DNA of 64,000 bases from contig CAZFQL010000007.1 in the NCBI GenBank assembly GCA_964520905.1, positions 39,603-103,602 of the forward strand. Reading direction: 5' to 3'. Each line of letters begins with the position of its first letter. Position 1 is the first letter of the stretch. The DNA comes from an uncultured Chlorobiaceae bacterium (GTDB lineage: Bacteria; Bacteroidota; Ignavibacteria; UBA10030; SZUA-254). The position numbers were made by a program, and so were the translations under genes. Below are positions 47,173-58,300 of the stretch, one piece after another. The notes under the pieces were generated by a model, which did not search any database, was not told the DNA's origin, and worked only from the letters and a program-made list of their open reading frames with translations.

Positions 47173-47412
47173 TTATCTTATTGTTTCTGAGACGTAAGGG
47201 ATAAGTGCGAGGTGGCGCGCGCGTTTAATCGCATGAACAAGCTGGCGCTGATGCTTTGCGCAAGTGCCGGTAATTCGCTTCGGGATAATCTTTCCCTGCT
47301 CGGAGATGAACTTCACTAAACGCTTATCGTCTCGATAATCGATATAAATTTCTTTATTCTCACAAAATCGACAAGGTCGATACTTTTTGATTTGTTGGTC
47401 TTGTTTTGCCAT
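47173..47412 (-). CDS. rpsR: 30S ribosomal protein S18
   Basis: 79 aa. [15 protein letters not shown]...[27 protein letters not shown]. Confidence 0.9.
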   Translation of the reverse strand: MAKQDQQIKKYRPCRFCENKEIYIDYRDDKRLVKFISEQGKIIPKRITGTCAKHQRQLVHAIKRARHLALIPYVSETIR

Positions 47413-47418
47413 ATTATT

Positions 47419-47916
47419 TTATCCTTGGGGTGATGCTGTTGGTTGTTCTTTTAAAAGTTGTGATTCTTCACTAGTTAAGAATTTATCGAATGAATCGTCT
47501 TCAACAATAGAAGGCTCTTCTTCGTTATGATTGTATTGACTGTTGTTATGTAACGATTCCGGGGAGACTGTTCTCTTGTTTAGAAATTGTATCCGGCGCG
47601 CTTTAATCTCAACGACGCTTCGATTCAGCCCGTCGTCGTTTTTGAATAAATGACTATGTAGCTCACCGTCTACTAAAACTGCGCTTCCCTTTTTTAATCG
47701 ATTATTGCAACTATCGGCTAACTTATTCCAGGCAACGATACCGATATAACAAACATCTTCCTGCCACTGGTTTGCTGCGTCTCGATACTTGCGGTTCGAC
47801 GCTATACAAAAATTTACTACAGGAGTACCGCTTGTAGTTCGGTGGAAAACAGGGTCCCTCGTTAAATTACCTGCAATAACAACGCTGTTAATCTCAGGCA
47901 TTTTTAGATCAGCCAT
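47419..47916 (-). CDS. ssb: Single-stranded DNA-binding protein
   Basis: 165 aa. OB-fold N-terminus (NSVVIAGNLTRDPVFHRTTSGTPVVNFCIASNRKYRD) and an acidic C-terminal tail (EDDSFDKF). Confidence 0.9.
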   Translation of the reverse strand: MADLKMPEINSVVIAGNLTRDPVFHRTTSGTPVVNFCIASNRKYRDAANQWQEDVCYIGIVAWNKLADSCNNRLKKGSAVLVDGELHSHLFKNDDGLNRSVVEIKARRIQFLNKRTVSPESLHNNSQYNHNEEEPSIVEDDSFDKFLTSEESQLLKEQPTASPQG

Positions 47917-47962
47917 GGTTATTCCTCATGCTTCAACGATAGCTCATAATTGACTGAGTCGT

Positions 47963-48385
47963 TCACTTGGTTTCCGGAGGAGCAACCACATCTTCTTCAT
48001 CTTCGAAAAGAGGTTCCGGAATTATAAGTATCGGTTCAACCATACTTTCGAGGATTGGAGGGGGCTGCTTGCGGGCATCGAGCGCTCTCTGATCAAGTTG
48101 AATAGACAAAAATCGGATAACGTTCTCATCTAACGATAGCATGCGTTCAAGTTGAGGAATCAATGCTCCTGCCGCAACGAATTCTATATTCGCATAGTAA
48201 CCGTTGTTCTTCTTCTGAATAGTGTAGGCGAGCCGTTTTCTTCCCCATTTGTTTACCGCGGTGATTTCACCGCCGTTTCTGGTTATCAACTCTGTCACCT
48301 GAGTTATGAAAGTTTCGATCTGAGAATCTTCAAGTGACGCGTTGATGATGAAGGTGATTTCGTAAGGTTTTTTTACTTGTTCCAT
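47963..48385 (-). CDS. rpsF: 30S ribosomal protein S6
   Basis: 140 aa. MEQVKKPYEITFIINASLEDSQIETFI...NKWGRKRLAYTIQK. Confidence 0.85.
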   Translation of the reverse strand: MEQVKKPYEITFIINASLEDSQIETFITQVTELITRNGGEITAVNKWGRKRLAYTIQKKNNGYYANIEFVAAGALIPQLERMLSLDENVIRFLSIQLDQRALDARKQPPPILESMVEPILIIPEPLFEDEEDVVAPPETK

Positions 48386-48465
48386 ATATGTTCCCTTCGG
48401 ACGTTTATAATTGATCTCGAAATAATTACCCCTGATGATAGCGATAAATTCCGAGACAGGGTGAA

Positions 48466-49053
48466 TTAAACTTGTATGTTGTTATAGCGATTACTTGCTG
48501 TCTTGAAACCTTCTGTTACTGCGGTTAGTACCGCTTCTTGTGCCGCCAGAATAAGCCGTTGCACGATTTTCATCTCATCTGATGTGAAACATGAGAGAAC
48601 AAAATCTGACGCTTTGCTTTTTTCTTCAAGCACCGGTTCGACACCGATACCGCACCTGAGCCGGGGGAATTCCTCTGTGCTCAAGTGATATATGATAGAA
48701 TATAAACCGTTGTGTCCGCCGGAACTTCCGCGTTTACGAAGTCTAATCTTACCGAGCGGAAGATTGAAATCATCCGTCACAACGAGCAACTGACATAAGT
48801 TTATGTCGAGAGATTCTGTAATTTCTCTTACGGCAGTACCCGAGTTATTCATATACGTCAAAGGTTTGACGAGCGTAATCTTTTTACTGCCTATTGTTCC
48901 TGAACCTATCATATACTCTCCTTTTCCTTCGGAGAGCGTTATATTTACTCGATGTGCTATAGCGTCAATGACTGCGAAACCGATATTGTGCCGAGTGTTT
49001 TCGTAAGAAGATCCCGGATTCCCCAGTCCAACGATGACCCGTACATTATCGAT
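48466..49053 (-). CDS. pth: Peptidyl-tRNA hydrolase; 5' end uncertain (no canonical start codon in frame)
   Basis: The track ORF starts at an internal Met (48912). Translating upstream in frame gives the canonical Pth N-terminus ...VRVIVGLGNPGSSYENTRHNIGFAVIDAIA... reaching the rplY stop codon after only 11 codons (K G F Y T I D N V R V) with no ATG/GTG/TTG. The proposed start is a rare ATC at 49051-49053 (M-D-N-V-R-V-I-V-G-L-G), which is speculative. Confidence 0.7.
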   Translation of the reverse strand: MDNVRVIVGLGNPGSSYENTRHNIGFAVIDAIAHRVNITLSEGKGEYMIGSGTIGSKKITLVKPLTYMNNSGTAVREITESLDINLCQLLVVTDDFNLPLGKIRLRKRGSSGGHNGLYSIIYHLSTEEFPRLRCGIGVEPVLEEKSKASDFVLSCFTSDEMKIVQRLILAAQEAVLTAVTEGFKTASNRYNNIQV

Positions 49054-49068
49054 CGTATAAAATCCTTT

Positions 49069-49782
49069 TTACTTCTTCTCTTCTTTTGCAGAAGCGGCAG
49101 TTTTTGCAGGGGCTTCAGCTTTTTTCTCTGTGGCGCCTTCGGTTTCCGCTCCTTCTTCAACCTTCTTGCCTTTTCCGATGATCTCAGGTTCAGCTGGCGC
49201 TTCGGCAACCACTTCGGGCGTGGGTTCTTTCTCAACTGTCGGAGGCATGATGCCGACGATCGAATTATTCTCGTTTTCAAGAATGGTTACATTCTCAACC
49301 TTAAGATCGGAAACGTGAACGAAATTATTGATCTTTAAATTTTCAACGTTCACTTCAATATGTTCAGGAATAAATTTTGGCAAGCAGGCAATCTTAAGCC
49401 TGTGAATAATTTGCTGGAGTACACCGCCTTCGCGTACGCCTAACGGAATACCGCCTGTAATAACAATCGGAACTTCCAACGTAATCTTTTCATCTTCCCT
49501 TAAACCCTGAAGATCAAAATGGATGGGCTTGTCGGTTACAGCATCGAATTGTATATCTCGGAGGATGCAATTTTTGTCAACGCCGCTGTTCAATTTCAGA
49601 TTAATAATGTGAGTTTCTAAAGTATGGATCAGCGGTCTCAAACTTTTTTCCGGGACCATGATGGGTATATTATCTTCACCATGAATATAATACACTCCGG
49701 GAATATTTCCCTGACGGCGGAGACTATTCACCTGTTTGCCGATCAGTGTTCGAACTTCTGCAGTTAATGTTAATTCGCGCAT
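49069..49782 (-). CDS. rplY: 50S ribosomal protein L25 / general stress protein Ctc
   Basis: 237 aa. N-terminal L25 domain (MRELTLTAEVRTLIGKQVNSLRRQGNIPGVYY) with a Ctc-type C-terminal extension and a Lys/Ala/Glu-rich tail. Confidence 0.85.
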   Translation of the reverse strand: MRELTLTAEVRTLIGKQVNSLRRQGNIPGVYYIHGEDNIPIMVPEKSLRPLIHTLETHIINLKLNSGVDKNCILRDIQFDAVTDKPIHFDLQGLREDEKITLEVPIVITGGIPLGVREGGVLQQIIHRLKIACLPKFIPEHIEVNVENLKINNFVHVSDLKVENVTILENENNSIVGIMPPTVEKEPTPEVVAEAPAEPEIIGKGKKVEEGAETEGATEKKAEAPAKTAASAKEEKK

Positions 49783-49796
49783 TCTTTTTCCTTTTC

Positions 49797-50744
49797 TTAT
49801 CCTTTGTCGATATCAAATAATGAGCTTATCGATTCATTGCGATAAGCCCGTAAAATTGCTTCACCAAATAATTCTGAGACAGAGAGAATTTCTATTTTTT
49901 GCATTACAGCCGCTTGCTGACTGAGCGGGATTGAATCGGTAACAAAAATTTTCGATACTTCGGAATCCGCAATCCGGGCAAGAGAATCTCCGGAAAATAT
50001 CGGATGGGTACAGGCGCCAAATATTGATTTTGCTCCTGAAGCCATAAGCGCTTTGACCGCACTTGTGAACGTTCCGCCTGTATCGATTAAATCATCCACT
50101 ATAAGAATATTCCGATCTTCTGCATTACCGATAATGTTCATAATTTCCGATTGATTCGGCTTTGGTCGCCTCTTATCGATCAGAAGAAGATCGGCGTCTA
50201 ATCGTTTGGCAAAGGCGCGCGCCATCTTGATTCCACCGACATCCGGTGATACAAGCGTAAGGTTCGGAATTTTTTTGTTAGCAAAGAACGTTATATATAC
50301 CGCAGATGAATAAAGATGATCGACCGGTATATCAAAAAAACCTTGAATCTGTGGCGCATGTAAATCCATCGTTATAACACGATCAGCGCCAGCGGTTACG
50401 ATCAAATTTGCAACGAGTTTTGCCGTTATCGAAACTCTCGGTTGATCTTTTCTATCCTGCCGGGCATACCCAAAATACGGGATTACTGCTGTTACCTTTC
50501 GTGCCGATGCGCGCTTAGCGGCATCTATCATGATCAGCAATTCCATCAAATTCGTTGCTGGCGGATTTGTTGATTGCAATATGAATACATCGGTGCCGCG
50601 AATGTTCTCATTGAATTTTACCCAAATCTCGCCGTCACTGAAATTTGTTACGTCACATTTGCCGAGTGGTATGCCGATTTTCGCGGCTACTTTCTCAGCG
50701 AGTTCGGGATTTGACCTGCCAGTAAATAATTTAAGTTCAGACAT
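49797..50744 (-). CDS. prs: Ribose-phosphate pyrophosphokinase (PRPP synthetase)
   Basis: 315 aa. PRPP-binding motif DLHAPQIQGFFDIPVDHL and ILIVDDLIDTGGT. Confidence 0.9.
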   Translation of the reverse strand: MSELKLFTGRSNPELAEKVAAKIGIPLGKCDVTNFSDGEIWVKFNENIRGTDVFILQSTNPPATNLMELLIMIDAAKRASARKVTAVIPYFGYARQDRKDQPRVSITAKLVANLIVTAGADRVITMDLHAPQIQGFFDIPVDHLYSSAVYITFFANKKIPNLTLVSPDVGGIKMARAFAKRLDADLLLIDKRRPKPNQSEIMNIIGNAEDRNILIVDDLIDTGGTFTSAVKALMASGAKSIFGACTHPIFSGDSLARIADSEVSKIFVTDSIPLSQQAAVMQKIEILSVSELFGEAILRAYRNESISSLFDIDKG

Positions 50745-50918
50745 TCAAGAAATATTGATAGGCAGAAATCATTAATTTTTTAGCCGGATAGCTTAAAAAC
50801 GATGCTTTTGCAATAAAATCCGTTCTAAATATACGTAAAATCTGAAAATCTTGCAAGAAGTTTCTTAAATGAGATACTCCAATCGTAGATCAGGAAATAT
50901 TTCAGAATCTACCTGATG

Positions 50919-53900
50919 TTATTTTAATAAAAGCATCTTTCTAACTTCAACATAATTCTTCTGAGCGCTCTTTGCCGATATGCGATAGAAATATAAACCG
51001 GAACTGTTGACACTGCCATTTTTCAAACTGCCCGAATCGAATTCGATCTGATGATTTCCTGCTTCCATTCCTTTGTCGTTGATAAGTGCCGATACCTCCT
51101 GTCCAAGTAGGTTGTATACTTTTAGGTTTACAACTGCATTGCTTGGTAGTGCAAACTCAATAACAGTCGATGGATTGAATGGGTTCGGGTAATTTTGTTT
51201 CAAAGAAAAATCTTTCGGGATGAGTTTTGAAATATCAGCGTTCAACGCGATGGATCGAATCGATGGATTTGATATTTGAACGCTTCCGGCGCGTGAACCG
51301 TTCGATTGATTCAGACATCTACCGGACGAAATATCTATCAGACTCACTGATTGGATCGATGATTGTTTAATATCCCAGCTAACGGTAACAGGGTATGCTT
51401 CAGTTTGGAAATCGATAGTCAATCGTCGCAATTGATCCGATATAAATTCTACTGCCTGCTGAGAAGAAAATCGTGCATCGAAGATTCCATTCGGCGGCAG
51501 AGGCGGGAGTTCGTATCCGCCTTCCGATGCCGGTGAATTCCCTTTCTCACCGAAGTATAAAATTTGTTTGCCGCCATTTTTATCGGCGATTGTGATAGTG
51601 TTTAACTGGTGAAGCACATCTGCATCATACCTGTTATTTTCCTTAGAATAAACCGTGCCGGACTTTGTAAGAATGAGATTACCGGGCAGGTTAGTCTTGA
51701 CCCAGTACGCCTTAGATGGTTTTATGGAATCGGTCGAAACGTAAGCAGTAGTAAAAGAGTAATAATCGCTCAGCACCATATTGGAAGGAAGTCGCTGAAT
51801 AGTTGATATAGGTACCGGCGATGATATTGAACCTATCATATTCCATCCCTCGTTCAGGTGAAAAGTATCGGTCGTAAGTTCCGTACCGTCGAATGGTACA
51901 AGCTCGGGTGCGATAAATTTTACCCAATATCCACATCCGTTTGCCAGAGTGTCTGTGCTGTAATATTGATAGGTAAACCCGAATGCGCTTGATATCGCAG
52001 TGGGGAAGATTGTCGTCTTATAATTATCGCCTCTTAAATTAACGGGGATGGAAACCATGTTCCATCCTTGATTGAATAAGTAATAAGACGGTGCATTGTA
52101 AACAATTTCAAATGAAGTGACGGTTGGATCGGTTATGATAAGTGAATTCTGATTTCTCATATCTATGGAAAATTTTACACCGTGAGTTGTGCCATCTCTC
52201 AGAATAATATTTCCGAAAGGGAAGATAGTATTATCCCAATTGAGCGTGAAAGGATACCCGGCGGACCCCGGCTGGAATGTGCAGGTATAAGTTATTTGCT
52301 GGTGTGTATAACTTAGTATGTCGCGGATATCGATGTCGGTTCCGTTCGTTGCAGGGATCGACCATCGTGCATCAAAAAAACCTAATGATGGTTTCGGTGC
52401 GAGCAGTACTTCCTGCCAATAGGGATCGATGCCATCTGTCGCACCGGGCGCGGCGCCAAAAATCAACGTCGTCGTTCCAGATCCATTGTCCGATATAGTT
52501 AAGCTATCCATGAACTGTTGAGGATGTTTCCAATAATACTCACTTCTGCCGATATACCAGATGGAGAATTTAGAAACTGAATCGAGACTTATAGCAACAA
52601 CATCGCTATCAAGATAATTACTGACCCCCATATTGAAAATAATACCGCTTGAATCTCTGAATAAGCCCAGATAATCGATCGGAATGGAAGTTTCGGATGT
52701 ATCATATCGCAGAGATAGTTGGGAAAGATAGTTGCTTCCGCCGATTGCCGAAATCGAATAATACCGTTTTACAAAAACAGTATCTGATAAACCTGGACCT
52801 AATGTATTCGGATAACTCGTCATCAAGACGGTATCAGGAAGAGTGCCGGCAGGATGAAATTTTACATATGTTAACTGGCTCTCGAATCTATATTCATATG
52901 ATGCGCCTTGATTAATCGCGCGTTTGATAGTTCCACCGTTTATGAATCCAACTCCTTGAAACCCCTGCGGATCAGGATTCTGAATTGTTAGGGTGTCATA
53001 CTGCCGAAGAGAAATATTTGTTTGCAGGGTTAAATTATTTTTTATCGTAATATTGCCGAGTGATTGAACGACAGCATTATTAGTGATAAACATGTTGAAG
53101 AATGATCCGCGCAGCTGAGCATTATTGGAGATAACGAAAGTTGATTTTGCGGGATTTAAACTGCCGTATGTTCCGAATGCAAGATTGTCTCCCGTAATTA
53201 TCTCCAGCGAAGATGTCGGTTCGATATCGAGTGTACCATCGATCTTTATGGTTCCGCTTACCGCAAGTTGGGCAAGACCTCCTCCGATCGTTAATTTTGC
53301 TCCGGCATCTATTCGCAAGCCTCCAATATTTATTTGCTGTAAAAGACTGCGCAGAACCGGTCTGTTAGCTGTTACAGGAATATAGACGCTATCGCCTTTT
53401 TCCGGCACACCTACAGGTATCCAATTAGCGGGAGATGTCCAAAGAGAATCCACTGAGCCGGTCCATCTGCGAGTGGGAAGCGGGGAGATTGCAGAGCATA
53501 TCAATGTTCCGCCTTGGCCTGCGGCGAAAAGTGTTCCTCCGCCGGAAGAAGTTTTTACCAGTAGCACATCCCAGAGAGTATTTTGTGTACCGCTGTTTTG
53601 GACAGACCAAGTTGCGCCCAAATCAGTTGTCTTGACTATAGTTCCGTCGTCGCCGACTGCCCATCCTGTTGTTCGATTTATGAATGTTATCCCGTATAGA
53701 CTCGCCCATCCGTCAACAGTTGCCGGAGTCCAGATGTTCCCGCCATCAGTTGTTGAAACGACCGATCCAAAATCACCCGATGCATATACGGTATTCTCAT
53801 CAACGATATCGATTCCATATAAAGTTTGACTTGTGTTACTGACTTGCGAAATCCAATTATGACCGCCATCTATAGTTTTTAATATTTCGCCGCCGTAACC

Positions 53901-55301
53901 AACCGCCCAACCGATATTTGAATTATAAAATTTTATACGCATTAGCGGTACAGAAACATTGGATGTTTCCGGTTTCCAAATGAGTCCACCATTAATCGTG
54001 TTAAGGATAGTTCCGAAATCACCGACAGCCCAACCAGTTGTAGGAGAGATAAAGAATACCGAGTATAATGACAGATCTGTGTGACTGTTCTGTTCAGTCC
54101 AAGATCCGCCGCCGGTAGTTGTTCTAATAATAACGGCACTATCACCGACTGCCCATCCGGTGGTATTGTTGATCATGTGAACTCCATAAAGTGTTTGGAT
54201 CACACCGCTTGTCTGCTGTGCCCACGAGGTTCCTCCATCTTGCGACAATACAACAGTGCCTTCTTCACCAACAGCGATACCGAATGACTGACCGGAGAAA
54301 GAGATCGCATCTAAAATGCTTTTGGTGCCGCTCGATTGAGAAATCCAATTTACACCCCCATCCGTTGTGGCTACTATCGTACCGAAGTCACCAGTTGCCC
54401 AACCGGTTGTTGACGATGAAAAACTTATTCCGTAAAGATCATTATACGTGTTACTCGTTTGCTCGAACCAAGAAAAACCCCCATTGGTAGTCTTTATCAT
54501 TACGCCAAAACTGCCGGTTGCATAACCGATGAGAGGTGAAGTAAATTGGAGTCCATATAAACTATAATCGATTCCACTTGCCAGCGGAACCCATGTGTTG
54601 CCTCCGTTCGTCGATTTGATGATCATTCCGAATGTGCCGACAGCATAACCTACAGATGAAGAAATGAATTGGACATTGTACAAATTTTGGACCGTGTTTG
54701 TTGTTTTAGTGACCCAAGTGTTCCCGCCATCGGTAGTCGCTATTAATTTACCTTCTGTCCCAACCGCCCAACCCGTAGTGGTGGTTAGAAAAAACATACC
54801 GTACAAAGTTACAGTTAAGCCGCTATTTTGCTGTGCCCATGATGTGCCGCCGTCAGTTGTTTTATAGATCATCCCTTGAGCGCCTGCAATCCAGCCTGTG
54901 CTTTCTGAAATAAAATCGGATGTAAAAATATCTTTTGTCGTAGAAATGTACTGTATAAACCAAGTATTGCCAGCATCAGTTGTTTTAAGAATTTTTCCAT
55001 ATTCTCCAACTGCCCACCCAACCGTTTTAGAAACGAATTGTGTATTATAAAATGCTTCCGTAATGCCGGCGGCTGTTGGCGTCACTTGCCATGTCTTTCC
55101 GCCATTGGTTGTTTTAATTATTGTTCCATTGTTGGCGACTGCAAAGGCAGTATCTTTATTCATCGCGGTAATGCCGTTGATGGCATTGCCCTGCGGTAAA
55201 GGATTAACCCACTGCCATGATGTTTGCTGTGCCTGGAGGATATGTTGAGTTCCGAGAAACAGGACGAGAAACAGGACGAGAAACAGAAATATGCGTTTCA
55301 T
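50919..55301 (-). CDS. Giant secreted BNR/Ycf48-like beta-propeller repeat protein with a T9SS C-terminal sorting domain
   Basis: 1460 aa with a signal peptide. Over 20 TTDGGxTW / TTNGGxxW repeats. The middle region has two copies of a ~45-aa module ending ...GFFDARW / GIFDARF. The C-terminal tail ...GLYFYRISAKSAQKNYVEVRKMLLLK matches the type-A T9SS sorting domain. Confidence 0.7.
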   Translation of the reverse strand: MKRIFLFLVLFLVLFLGTQHILQAQQTSWQWVNPLPQGNAINGITAMNKDTAFAVANNGTIIKTTNGGKTWQVTPTAAGITEAFYNTQFVSKTVGWAVGEYGKILKTTDAGNTWFIQYISTTKDIFTSDFISESTGWIAGAQGMIYKTTDGGTSWAQQNSGLTVTLYGMFFLTTTTGWAVGTEGKLIATTDGGNTWVTKTTNTVQNLYNVQFISSSVGYAVGTFGMIIKSTNGGNTWVPLASGIDYSLYGLQFTSPLIGYATGSFGVMIKTTNGGFSWFEQTSNTYNDLYGISFSSSTTGWATGDFGTIVATTDGGVNWISQSSGTKSILDAISFSGQSFGIAVGEEGTVVLSQDGGTSWAQQTSGVIQTLYGVHMINNTTGWAVGDSAVIIRTTTGGGSWTEQNSHTDLSLYSVFFISPTTGWAVGDFGTILNTINGGLIWKPETSNVSVPLMRIKFYNSNIGWAVGYGGEILKTIDGGHNWISQVSNTSQTLYGIDIVDENTVYASGDFGSVVSTTDGGNIWTPATVDGWASLYGITFINRTTGWAVGDDGTIVKTTDLGATWSVQNSGTQNTLWDVLLVKTSSGGGTLFAAGQGGTLICSAISPLPTRRWTGSVDSLWTSPANWIPVGVPEKGDSVYIPVTANRPVLRSLLQQINIGGLRIDAGAKLTIGGGLAQLAVSGTIKIDGTLDIEPTSSLEIITGDNLAFGTYGSLNPAKSTFVISNNAQLRGSFFNMFITNNAVVQSLGNITIKNNLTLQTNISLRQYDTLTIQNPDPQGFQGVGFINGGTIKRAINQGASYEYRFESQLTYVKFHPAGTLPDTVLMTSYPNTLGPGLSDTVFVKRYYSISAIGGSNYLSQLSLRYDTSETSIPIDYLGLFRDSSGIIFNMGVSNYLDSDVVAISLDSVSKFSIWYIGRSEYYWKHPQQFMDSLTISDNGSGTTTLIFGAAPGATDGIDPYWQEVLLAPKPSLGFFDARWSIPATNGTDIDIRDILSYTHQQITYTCTFQPGSAGYPFTLNWDNTIFPFGNIILRDGTTHGVKFSIDMRNQNSLIITDPTVTSFEIVYNAPSYYLFNQGWNMVSIPVNLRGDNYKTTIFPTAISSAFGFTYQYYSTDTLANGCGYWVKFIAPELVPFDGTELTTDTFHLNEGWNMIGSISSPVPISTIQRLPSNMVLSDYYSFTTAYVSTDSIKPSKAYWVKTNLPGNLILTKSGTVYSKENNRYDADVLHQLNTITIADKNGGKQILYFGEKGNSPASEGGYELPPLPPNGIFDARFSSQQAVEFISDQLRRLTIDFQTEAYPVTVSWDIKQSSIQSVSLIDISSGRCLNQSNGSRAGSVQISNPSIRSIALNADISKLIPKDFSLKQNYPNPFNPSTVIEFALPSNAVVNLKVYNLLGQEVSALINDKGMEAGNHQIEFDSGSLKNGSVNSSGLYFYRISAKSAQKNYVEVRKMLLLK

Positions 55302-55321
55302 TTATGATTACCTTTGTGATG

Positions 55322-58300
55322 TTATTTTACGAGAAGCATCTTATCCATTAATTGAACTATAGGATCACCATCCAGCGGTTGAGCTGTTAGGCGATAAAAA
55401 TAAACTCCGGATGAATGTTTACTTCCATCGAAATTGAAATAGTATCTGCCACCGGCATAAGCCTGATTCGATATCAGTGATTCCACTTGTTGCCCGACTA
55501 CATTGAATACATTTAGCGAAATAACCGAACGAGCCGGCAAATCGAATTGTATTGTTGTAGAAGGATTAAAGGGATTTGGGTAGTTACGATATAGAGAAAA
55601 TTTTACGGGTATAAATTCGGACGTTATTTTTTTAAGAGTAACCGACTTGACATCAGGGTTCGCTATCAACATTGATCCTTCATTTAACATAGATTGAATT
55701 CCAATATAACCGTTTGCATCAGTCAATTCAAATTGTTCGATTCCGGTATTGTGAACGTTCCAATCGATCTTTATTGGATAAGAAGATGATTGTATCAGAA
55801 TCGTTGCGTCTGATGTTTTATCTGTTTGAGAGGAAAACAGTTCTACCATTCTTTGCGATGCAAATCTGACGTCGAAAGATCCCTCCGGCGGAACCGGCGG
55901 CAATTCATAATCGGCAGGTGATACATTTCCATCCATATCCAATCCAAAATAAAGCTTCGTACCCCTTCCGGAGTTGTCTGATATCGTAATTGAATTGAAT
56001 GATTGAAATATTTCAGTAGAATTGATTTTATGCTCCAATGCTTCCGATGGTTTTATACATGAAATTATAAGATTCCGAGGTCCCTTAATCCAGAAACCCT
56101 CTCCGGGATTGAATAACTCCTGTTCATTATACGAGCCATTGTACCCGAAAAGCCGGCAAGGTGGAGGATCACACTTCATTTGTGAGACTAATGTCGGACA
56201 TCCCAAACCACCAATCATCGACCATCCCGCGGGTAATTGGATCGTGTCACGAGTGATTGGTATTCCTGTGTACTGTATCGTGTCGGCATTTGAATATTTA
56301 ATCCAATATGACTTACCATATTCGAGCGTGTCTTTTGCTACATAACTTCCCTCGTACGCAAACGCATCTGAAACAGCATGAACGTATAATTGGGATTTCA
56401 TCCGGTTATCAGTCATCATCGGTACGGATACCATAGACCATCCGGAGAGAATAGGGAACACTATGGTATCAAGCATAGTGTGTGTTATCTCCACACAGTT
56501 AATAGCGTCATTCGTGATTATGACTCCTGTATCTGCTAACATATTGATATTCAATAATGTTCCATGAGTTGTTCCATCACGCATATGCCATCCACCTCTT
56601 GAGAATGATTGAGGATTCCATCTGAGCGTGAATGGGTATCCATCCGGACCCGGTTGAAATTCTGCAATATACTGATTAGATGAATTGTCTATGCTCAGAG
56701 TATCGCGTAGGTCGAGGATTGTTCCGTATGTTCCCGAAATTCTCCATCTGGCATCAAACGAGCCGGGCGGGGGTTTCAGAGGCAATTCTCTTTCCCCTAA
56801 TAATGAATCAATTCCAGCGGTACTATGTGTAAGTTCACCGAAAATGAGCGAATCTATTCCTACACCATTATCACTCAATCGGAGGATTGGGATTGCTGGT
56901 CGATATGCCACGATGCGGATATCATCGAGATACCAGCCATCGCGATTATCACTGCCATCGGATATGAGCGAGAACCGGAGTGATATCAGTTGATCTTTAA
57001 ATTGTGATAAATCAATTTCTTGTTCGACCCAATCAAGACCGGGAGTGTAACCATCGTATCCCCAAGTACCTGAGTATTGTATTCCATAGCCGGATCCCGG
57101 GCGTGAGAGTTTGCTGCGTAAACTTTTCCATGTACTGCCGTTGTTGGATGAAACTTCAATCTTGGCAAAGTCAGTCGTTGGTTCAATAGCCCATTTTGTC
57201 CAGAATTTCAAAGTACAAAAATCATAATTAGCCAAATCTAATGGGGCGCTTAATGTTAGAAAATTATAAGCTGATCCACTATAATATCCCGAAGGACTAT
57301 CTGTGAATGAATAGGGAGGTGTGTGTGAATTGGATGTTATTCCCCATGTGCCTTCAATGTTCCAGTTACCTGTTCCTGTGTTCGCACTATCATTGAGGAG
57401 GGTGATAGGTGATCCTATAATCGTTGAGGCAGTATCGCGGTGAAAATATCCATCGGTCGATGTAAATGTGAAGTAGAAATTTACCGCTGAGGTCATCGGG
57501 CAATCTGGTATTACCATACCACTAAAATTCACTGTTGAATCGCTACGAGCAAGCATTGATGATAGAGTGACTGAATTTATACTGAACGTAACTCCAGGCA
57601 GACTCGAGGAAATCGTCACGGTTAAATTCTCAGCATCCTTCAGACCCTTGTTCCTGATTGTAGTAGAAAGAGTAAATATTTCACCTGAAGTAAGCTGACC
57701 GTCATTATCGGGATCATTTATCTCGATTCGTTTTAAGATGGTGTATTGACCGGCGACATATGACAAATACTTATTAGCGGACAAGTTTTTAACAGCTAAA
57801 GGTAGAATCTCGTTAGTGGGGGGCCAGAAACCGGATGTTCCTACTTCAGGCGTCATGGCATAGGTTCTTGTCATGGTACCGCTATACATAAAATCGTCGG
57901 AGTTTCCCCGCGTGGAGTAATTTACAGTTTGCTGGTCCGTTCCGGTTGTATACCGATTTTCGCTTACCATATCGAAAGCGAACTCTCTAAAATTCAATGA
58001 ATCATCGGTTTCCGTCGTAAGATAACCCCACGGAAATATGAGGTAGTTTCCATATGTGTGATAGTTTAAACAAGACTGTATGTTGTGTGACCACATGAAC
58101 TCAGCTATTGCAAATGTCTCAGGTTCCGAGAAAGGTTCAGGACCTCGATAGGTGTCATCACTCGGATAAGTGCTTGATCCACCATTAGGTCCGTTCCACA
58201 TTTCGTAAGTTCCATAATTTCTATTCAGATCGACCCCATAACTTCCGCTATTATTTCTTCTGTTTTTTCTCCAGTAACCGAAATAAACAGGCGGACCCGG

